A DNA stretch of 64,000 nt from the IMG/VR virus record IMGVR_UViG_3300020391_000290, positions 1 through 64,000 of that record. One strand, 5' to 3'. This stretch comes from a virus. Below are positions 60,201-64,000 of the stretch, in pieces. The notes below the pieces were generated by a model. The model was not told the DNA's origin and ran no database searches. It was given only the letters and a program-made list of their open reading frames with translations. The translations under genes were made by a program, and so were the position numbers. The stretch's first letter is position 1. The number at the start of each line of letters is the position of its first letter.

Positions 60201-63200
60201 GCCTAGCGAATATACTGGAGAAGGCACTGTAAGGGATCCTAACTTTTTTACAGTCGCAAATGTGTACAATAGTTCAAGCGATAGTACGAAAATTAAATAT
60301 TACTTCTGGGTAAAAAATATTACTAGTGTGCCTACAGAAGCTGAATTTAGAACATTAAGTGCAGATAGTGTTCGTAGACTAATAGAAGATCCTAAAGCTC
60401 AAGGGCTTCCTTATGTTGCAATTATTGATAAAGATGCAATAGCATTGTACAACTGTAAAGACTATTTTGCAGATAATGATGCAGTTTTTAGTGTAAACTA
60501 TGATGTTGTTAAAAATGAAGGAGTGTTACATAGTGAATTTGAATTATTTGGTAAAGGTAATACGGACCAAGATATTCCCACAAGACTCTACAATAAGTTG
60601 GTGGATAGTCTTGCTGGTGCTGATAGCGTTGGAAATATTGTTCCTGATCCTTTCTTAAGTGAAGTAGAAAAATACGGAGTACTTACACAACCTAGACAAA
60701 GTATGTTTGTTAACAGAGCAAGTGCAATAAAAGTTTTAGTGCAATATTGTAATTCTATTTTTGTTACACAACCATTTGCAAGAAATTCTAGTATGACAAA
60801 ACTTCTAAGTAGTGAAAATATTCCAACCGTAAATAGCGGAGAATACAATGTAAGTGTTGATACTCTTGCTGAAAGAGATTATCTTAATACACTTATACTA
60901 ACCACAGGCTATAAAGTTTTAGTTTTAGAAGATGAAAATAATAATAACTATTGGACAGTGTACACCTTAAATGCAGACAAAACTTGGTCACTTTCAAACA
61001 TTCAAGGATACAATACTGCAGATTATTGGTCTTATAAAACCTATTATAAATCTGGATATGATGCAACCACTGTACCAAATTTTCAAGTGCAAAAAGAAGC
61101 AGATCTACTTACTTTAACAACTGCAGTCGAGGGCGATATCGCAAAAGTTACTAGCAATGATGAAGGCAACTTTAGCATGTTTAGTCTACAGTCAGATGGA
61201 ACTTGGGACGAAGTAATAATTGAAAGAGGTACAATACAATTTAACAATAGTTTATATTCATTTACAACATTGAATACAAGTTTTCAAGCCACAGGTTTTG
61301 ATAATGATGGCTTTGACTTTGGTAGTTTTGATAAAGTACCAACAGAAGAAATAAGGCAAATCATAAATGCTTTAAAAAATGATTTATTTACAGATACATA
61401 TAAAATTCATATGAACGAATTATTTTTCAGGCTAATGGAGTATGCACTTAATGAAAATACTTTTACAACAGACTGGATGTTTAAAAGTAGTTTTATATCT
61501 GTTGCACACAAGTTACGTAGTTTAAATCAGTATAATACTTTTAAATATGATAACACAACTTTTATTGAAAAATTTATAGAAGAAGTAAAGCCCTATAAAA
61601 CTACAATAAGAGAGTATATTAGCAAGTATGATAAATTAGACACATTTGAAGGTGATACTACAGACTTTGATGTTCATGCTTTTTACGATGAAGAATTACA
61701 ATTATTCCGTAAACCTAGCGGACAGTATACAGGTGATGAAACAAAATGGACTCAAGGATTAAATAAGCCTTGGGGTGAAAATTATGGATATAAACTAGAT
61801 TCAATATCATTAGTAAATGCTGGTACCGGGTACATTTCTGATCCTACAGTGACTATAAGTGCACCGCAAATGTCAGGCGGTATACAAGCCACTGCAACGG
61901 CAAAAACAAATGGTGATGTAATTATTAGTATCACAGTAACAAATAAAGGAAGTGGTTATACACAAAATCCAACTATTAATATTACTGGTAGTGGAACAGG
62001 AGTAAAAGTAAGTCCAAGGCTTGTTAATAATACAACTAGAAGTTTTGATACAACTATAAAATTTGATCGTATAACTTATTCGTCTAGTGTAAAAGATTGG
62101 GTAAAAAATACATCTTATGGTCTAAATGATATTGTAGCATACCAGAACACGACAACACTTACGCAAGAAGTTTACAAAGTTACAACGGCTTTTACAAGTG
62201 GCGAAACATTTAGCACTGAAGATAATACCGGCACAAGTGTAATGGCAGTATATGCAGATGAGAATTTTACAAATACTGCTGACAGAATAGGCGCATACTA
62301 TTATCCAACTTCTGGAATGATTGGCGATGATTTAGAATTATTACAAAAAGGGACAGGATATTTAGGAAATAAAGTTACAGGCCCAGGATTTGATCAAAAT
62401 CCAGGCTTTGATAGTAGTAATTTTGATGTGATAGGATTTGACAACTTTGAGATTGATGAAGAAGGTCTTGCAGTTCTAGCCGGAGTTGATACTGTTTTTA
62501 GAGGAACCGAATTTGCCAATGACAAACTTGGCAGTGAGTACTTAGTAAGTGGATATGTTGTATCTGGGTACATAAGTAAATTAAGTGTAGGTTTGGACCC
62601 TGAAAGTATAATTATAGATGGATCAGGATTTGTTGACACTTATAACAGTCATGCACCCGAAGAACTTATCCCAGGTAGAGTATATGATACCCTTGACATG
62701 GAAGTATACACACATCCAGGACATGATTATGAAGTTGACGGAGGAGCTCCGGATATACAATATACTTCTTTCAGTAATTTCGTTGATAGTTTTAGTAAAG
62801 GATACCTTGCACCTGGATATCTTGAAGGCGATTATGTTGCACTTACTGAAACGACAATAAGCCAACGAGATTTCCAATATGGTGATCCTACAAAAAGTTC
62901 CGAGGATTATGAATATTTAATTGTGTATCAAAATGACGAGAGAATATACAATTTTACTACAAATTACACAGATAAAACTGTAACTTTATCTAACCCTATA
63001 TTAGCTACAGATATTATACATGTTTATGCGTATAGTCAAGTAGGTGAAAAAATTGTTGGAGAATATACTGAAATAGGTGACGGAAGTTCAATTTCATTTG
63101 TTTTAGGTAATACACCGGAGCTTACAAAACAAACATTAGTTTATGTAGATGGTGTTGAGACAAGCGTCACAATAGGTTCACAAGACGGTAGAACAACAAT

Positions 63201-64000
63201 ACTTTTTAGTAGTCCTCCTGATAATGGAGCAAATATCCATATATTTGTTTTTAATCAAGCTACAGACAGAGATGCACCAAGTAAGATAGCGTTACAGACA
63301 CAAAATTTGACTGCAGGAACATTTACATACAATTTGACTAATACTGTAAATTATGCACAACCATTTACAGGGAACACAGTAGTGGAAGTTGATAACGTAA
63401 GATTACGTCCTGCTAACAGTAAATATTATACTGGAGATGGAAGTACTACGCAATTTGTGATTGCAAAAACTGCAGGCGAATCTAACATAGTAAATATTAA
63501 TGATATTGGTGTTGCAGTAATATCTAAGACAACAGGACAAACATTAAACGCAGTGCGTGATATAGATTACACACTGACTGCGGGTACTGATAACATTACA
63601 ATGACTACTCCTCCGGCAGATGGTGATAAAGTTATTGTCTATAACAATGCATCTGCAGAATACTCAATTAGTGCAACTGGCACTGAAATTACAATTGCTG
63701 ATAGTGTAAGTTTCACTAGTAGTAGTGTTATGAGGGTAAACACTTTTTCAAATCACGATTCATATCGTATGCAGACAAAAGTATTTGTAGGCAATGGATC
63801 CGGCATAGGAACTTATACTTTAGATAGAGCAGTAGCAAATGTTAATAATTTTTGGATAACACTTAATGGCAGTAGATTGCATCCAGGAGAATATATCACA
63901 AACGGAAGTAATATAAATTTAAGTGATACTATACAAACAACTTTAACTGGCTCTAGTTTATTAGTAGTAACACATATAAGCGAGAATACAATTCAGCCAA
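51262..64000 (+). CDS. Giant baseplate wedge/virion protein (>4,200 aa, truncated by the window; not in ORF track)
   Basis: ATG overlaps the gp6 stop (TAATG); MALRKSSALLPSIFQT...; spot-checked lines read in frame to LVVTHISENTIQP at the window end; FG-GAP repeats at about 57830-59820; EVKPYKTTIREY. Confidence 0.85.
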   Translation, partial: MALRKSSALLPSIFQTSKNSKFLNATMDQLISEPNLQRFSSFIGRKFAPNFTVGNGYITETSAERQNYQLEPAVVYSNTSKQIESLSSYTDFVSALSYNNVDTTNHSDLFTQEFYNYSGFVDFDKFVNYGEYFWLPAGPDSVQVFNSVVDTEKTYTVYTSGTEFKFDSITADPNRAVILARGGTYKFTLNETGNPFWIQTEIGTSGISAYSTSISTREVLGVTNNGATNGTVTFTVPMVDAQNEQINAIQAANPDFATDLTYSQIHNQPYKTFIDTHGGIDKQTVINGKSLVFVNTTTAASAWDQGSNFDAYGFDDNDNPFDQTTTLDMSIRYDVYNISIDTIGGVETIVLSRSIDWPIGQKVKIKQGDGYGNREFFKGGDGLPLLIKPYTAGIDTLYYQDGVNATQFGTIKLVEIDQVSPIDVENDILEKLVYTSDNGVTFTNGLKIEFNSDVTPTTYAGREYFVEGVGQPQGISLTPVDELLTPESYTVSTSDGFDSVAYDTGGWDGTLNAPTSQDYILINRNSPDRNAWSRGNRWFHRQVIEATAGYNNYTAEIDDSARAKRPIIEFNTGLELFNMGITSKAPVTVVDTTQTDAFSNVNGSTGYFADGIDIKQDNTIIFTADSAINKNVYRVDMVNQDSDLTTNEIISLVLIDTISDKDCVLSTLGATNQGKQYWLDEDTWKTGQQKTKLNQDPLFNVQDPEHVSFSDTTKYPSSNFIGSKLFSYKRNNNNALDTILGFGLSYQNFSTLGDIVFENNFDTDTFQYTKSTGNTNVIVRSGHVHQWNQKGVRTLDNGWTKVLENSNQYQIVIHEVAESELYSYEIGASVDTTKTIQPLQVFVNSKFIAPSKYTHLIQNDREYVSFTDKLSVDDVVTIKFYSNTKATNSYYEIPSNLENNASNATFDTLTLGQVRNHVTTFSQYIKTLSGSSPGASNLRDTNYKAYPGDIMQHSAGMITPMYAFTNSEANLLKSITFVKDEYTKFKNSFIDNINKLDLDLTDPSKCVDDIIKTIAGKKTSALPFYYSDMLPWGTQKSQVEHIVDDTSEVEFEFTTQFDLTTLSARSVLVYKNTELLIEGKDYTLDSIEAKVKLTTNSVNTSNIGLVVNDIIKIVEYTDTNGSFCPPTPSKLGLYYKYEPKKYMDNTYANSKTVVQGHDGSIWVGYGDIRDDIILEFEKRVYNNIKTQYDTNLFDYAEILPGYFRNTLEEFNEANNITRSYFGEWALKNKVLVQKNTISTDEDLFSWNYTTSVNVLNNQRIPGYWRGIYRWFFDTDTPHTTPWEMLGLSVKPIWWNNRYGDAPYTRGNTVLWEDLRDGKLYSDATSSIFTTVANRKRANLMSIIPVDEQGSLRAPGEFLTQGTTITNNKNSWAYSDGSPAETAWTRSSEYPFVIQILAANIKPAKYGSYMFDTNLLERNGQYDQILQKSKSYRPTILDLKMHGTILSDGEIQRAEGYNQFISEYIRSTGFGINDTIAKFNNLELNLSYPVAGFTDKKYLKVVAESVTPSSQSENIFIPDEDINIFLKKSLPLERIVYSGVQIIVRDNGYEIQGYDRQNPFFKIIPSVSAKDPLQHTVGGTTYFEYEQYENIIANIPYGTIIANRQQIFDFLVSYQRYLLSKGFIFDSITSRGDKNDFITGGKEFAFWTDQNWETNSVIVLSPCSQTLKINRTLATVDDIRITGKPKDANGSIINPKFYDVTRIDNFLEIQVDNENTQLYSLQLDPIQYEHALVFSNKTIFNDIIYQPELGNRHSRLKLVGSRSGDWNGTLHAPGFFLNENKINNWQSYVDYKKGDLVNFQNQTYSAKYSIDGSNVFRFDDWNTINNMQTGLVKNLTNKASQFKDFFELDNLNLEDGVDKLGKGMIGFNQKDYLQGLGLDDVSQVKFYQGMVKQKGTSSAINKLIDAELTNLDQTINYFEEWAFRVGEYGSIDSNQIVETIIPEENATNNPTVIHFHADGELPTDTDNDHYHVQRKDLYRVPNNYNGDLFASRDVNTVKTNDLDTAGYARLDDVDFTLFDANDLTSLSSNIQALGKGKKIWIAKDTTNTWSIRRVDETLSTVTKIQSTGNGYLIYTTDINHGLVKDDYVVVRAQQPIGKVAKIFEVSSPNSFTLADTTTEAEITNVNIPMYKLSNVRYTQASDISKFTPVSGWDNKELVYVDKDLNGKWNVLQNTRPWTTTGIKTTASVTADDKLGSSIKINANSTLAIAGAPDQGSGAIVPYVRSEGGALLESNSVIVSTIGDSVDSFGASVAVGVDYVAVGAPDTESSKGAVFTYYVDATGTFNRRPSIRPNALGSSAKFGTSIAMSGNGRYLFVGSPGDNKIYSYTLVTIPTSSIVSHTITSNGGTNYSINFTPISQESLSLVDENGKVYLPNKDFTWNGSQIVFASGPSASLQIVVRQLDYFAFSSMLDPFDSMSGDDYGFSIDCDYYGRNVIIGAPNADVPNSDSTVISNAGEISVQSQVVQQFAGDGITKAFTTIETLQTKIFVEVDGVLQTETDNTDVPVENDGSSIGFYTRSGKTITFKYIPSSGARIVVYTGTYIEKQKIYQNMTGQSPTLNEQFGYSVAIDSNGTTIAVGSPGEDETNPNTGSVFIFQDSGKNYGLVTTNTPHNQTAGDTFYIDNRLITVTDSADNPTNLASDINNANIPGVTASVNLTGAIEILSTNTEPLNKLTINPGGGSMFLRDNVFEIFKFTQKINHPHAKQNENFGRAVVFDKYLDIGSGNYGTRNLVISSDKASTILGIGFDIESNSNKANYLQSTTTFDNGGTTFTDKRSQSGAAYVYELLSANSASITNSDKMVFAQQLTSTNIGLLDQFGFAVAFSDKRILVGSPQDDIVKGSTTITNSGSVYEFNNNLRTKSWSILRNESDRVDVTQINRVALYNKKSNNIDVFLDYIDPAKGKVAGVAQSELDYVSSQDPALYEKNLWSYKYKNRLWWDTSTVHFLNVEQGDLDYRKNYWGTMFPGSTIDICEWIESNVPPSEYTGEGTVRDPNFFTVANVYNSSSDSTKIKYYFWVKNITSVPTEAEFRTLSADSVRRLIEDPKAQGLPYVAIIDKDAIALYNCKDYFADNDAVFSVNYDVVKNEGVLHSEFELFGKGNTDQDIPTRLYNKLVDSLAGADSVGNIVPDPFLSEVEKYGVLTQPRQSMFVNRASAIKVLVQYCNSIFVTQPFARNSSMTKLLSSENIPTVNSGEYNVSVDTLAERDYLNTLILTTGYKVLVLEDENNNNYWTVYTLNADKTWSLSNIQGYNTADYWSYKTYYKSGYDATTVPNFQVQKEADLLTLTTAVEGDIAKVTSNDEGNFSMFSLQSDGTWDEVIIERGTIQFNNSLYSFTTLNTSFQATGFDNDGFDFGSFDKVPTEEIRQIINALKNDLFTDTYKIHMNELFFRLMEYALNENTFTTDWMFKSSFISVAHKLRSLNQYNTFKYDNTTFIEKFIEEVKPYKTTIREYISKYDKLDTFEGDTTDFDVHAFYDEELQLFRKPSGQYTGDETKWTQGLNKPWGENYGYKLDSISLVNAGTGYISDPTVTISAPQMSGGIQATATAKTNGDVIISITVTNKGSGYTQNPTINITGSGTGVKVSPRLVNNTTRSFDTTIKFDRITYSSSVKDWVKNTSYGLNDIVAYQNTTTLTQEVYKVTTAFTSGETFSTEDNTGTSVMAVYADENFTNTADRIGAYYYPTSGMIGDDLELLQKGTGYLGNKVTGPGFDQNPGFDSSNFDVIGFDNFEIDEEGLAVLAGVDTVFRGTEFANDKLGSEYLVSGYVVSGYISKLSVGLDPESIIIDGSGFVDTYNSHAPEELIPGRVYDTLDMEVYTHPGHDYEVDGGAPDIQYTSFSNFVDSFSKGYLAPGYLEGDYVALTETTISQRDFQYGDPTKSSEDYEYLIVYQNDERIYNFTTNYTDKTVTLSNPILATDIIHVYAYSQVGEKIVGEYTEIGDGSSISFVLGNTPELTKQTLVYVDGVETSVTIGSQDGRTTILFSSPPDNGANIHIFVFNQATDRDAPSKIALQTQNLTAGTFTYNLTNTVNYAQPFTGNTVVEVDNVRLRPANSKYYTGDGSTTQFVIAKTAGESNIVNINDIGVAVISKTTGQTLNAVRDIDYTLTAGTDNITMTTPPADGDKVIVYNNASAEYSISATGTEITIADSVSFTSSSVMRVNTFSNHDSYRMQTKVFVGNGSGIGTYTLDRAVANVNNFWITLNGSRLHPGEYITNGSNINLSDTIQTTLTGSSLLVVTHISENTIQP

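Noticed and set aside
51586-62877. Many short ORFs suggesting a gene-poor or recoded region
   Set aside because: Explained by one giant plus-strand ORF with no stop inside the window; genes elsewhere read normally in the standard code, so there is no sign of stop-codon reassignment
1-64000. tRNA, rRNA, integrase or transposase genes
   Set aside because: None recognised; the intergenic regions lack cloverleaf or T-arm signatures

Overview
This window is part of an AT-rich (roughly one-third GC by eye), large T4-like myovirus genome, probably marine. The gltD gene looks alphaproteobacterial, which hints at the host. From left to right it contains: small early genes and an ATP-dependent DNA ligase; neck and tail-terminator genes plus a NUDIX hydrolase; a ~15 kb block of modular tail-fibre/adhesin genes; a host-type glutamate synthase small subunit (gltD) inserted beside the major capsid gene; the head module (gp23, gp22, gp21, an acidic core protein, gp20); a tape measure gene; a gp26/gp51-like pair apparently joined by a -1 frameshift; a ~370-nt pseudoknotted non-coding element just downstream of a minimal GIY-YIG nuclease; gp46, gp47 and gp55 interleaved with radical SAM and amidinotransferase genes; and the baseplate module, ending in a >4,200-codon ORF that runs off the window. 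TAAATA late-promoter motifs precede most structural genes. The best candidate for a new system is the structured RNA next to the GIY-YIG gene. Others are the frameshift, an RBS-sequestering leader on the long fibre gene, the lone gltD, and a possible virion glycosylation gene set. All calls come from motif reading; no database searches were run.
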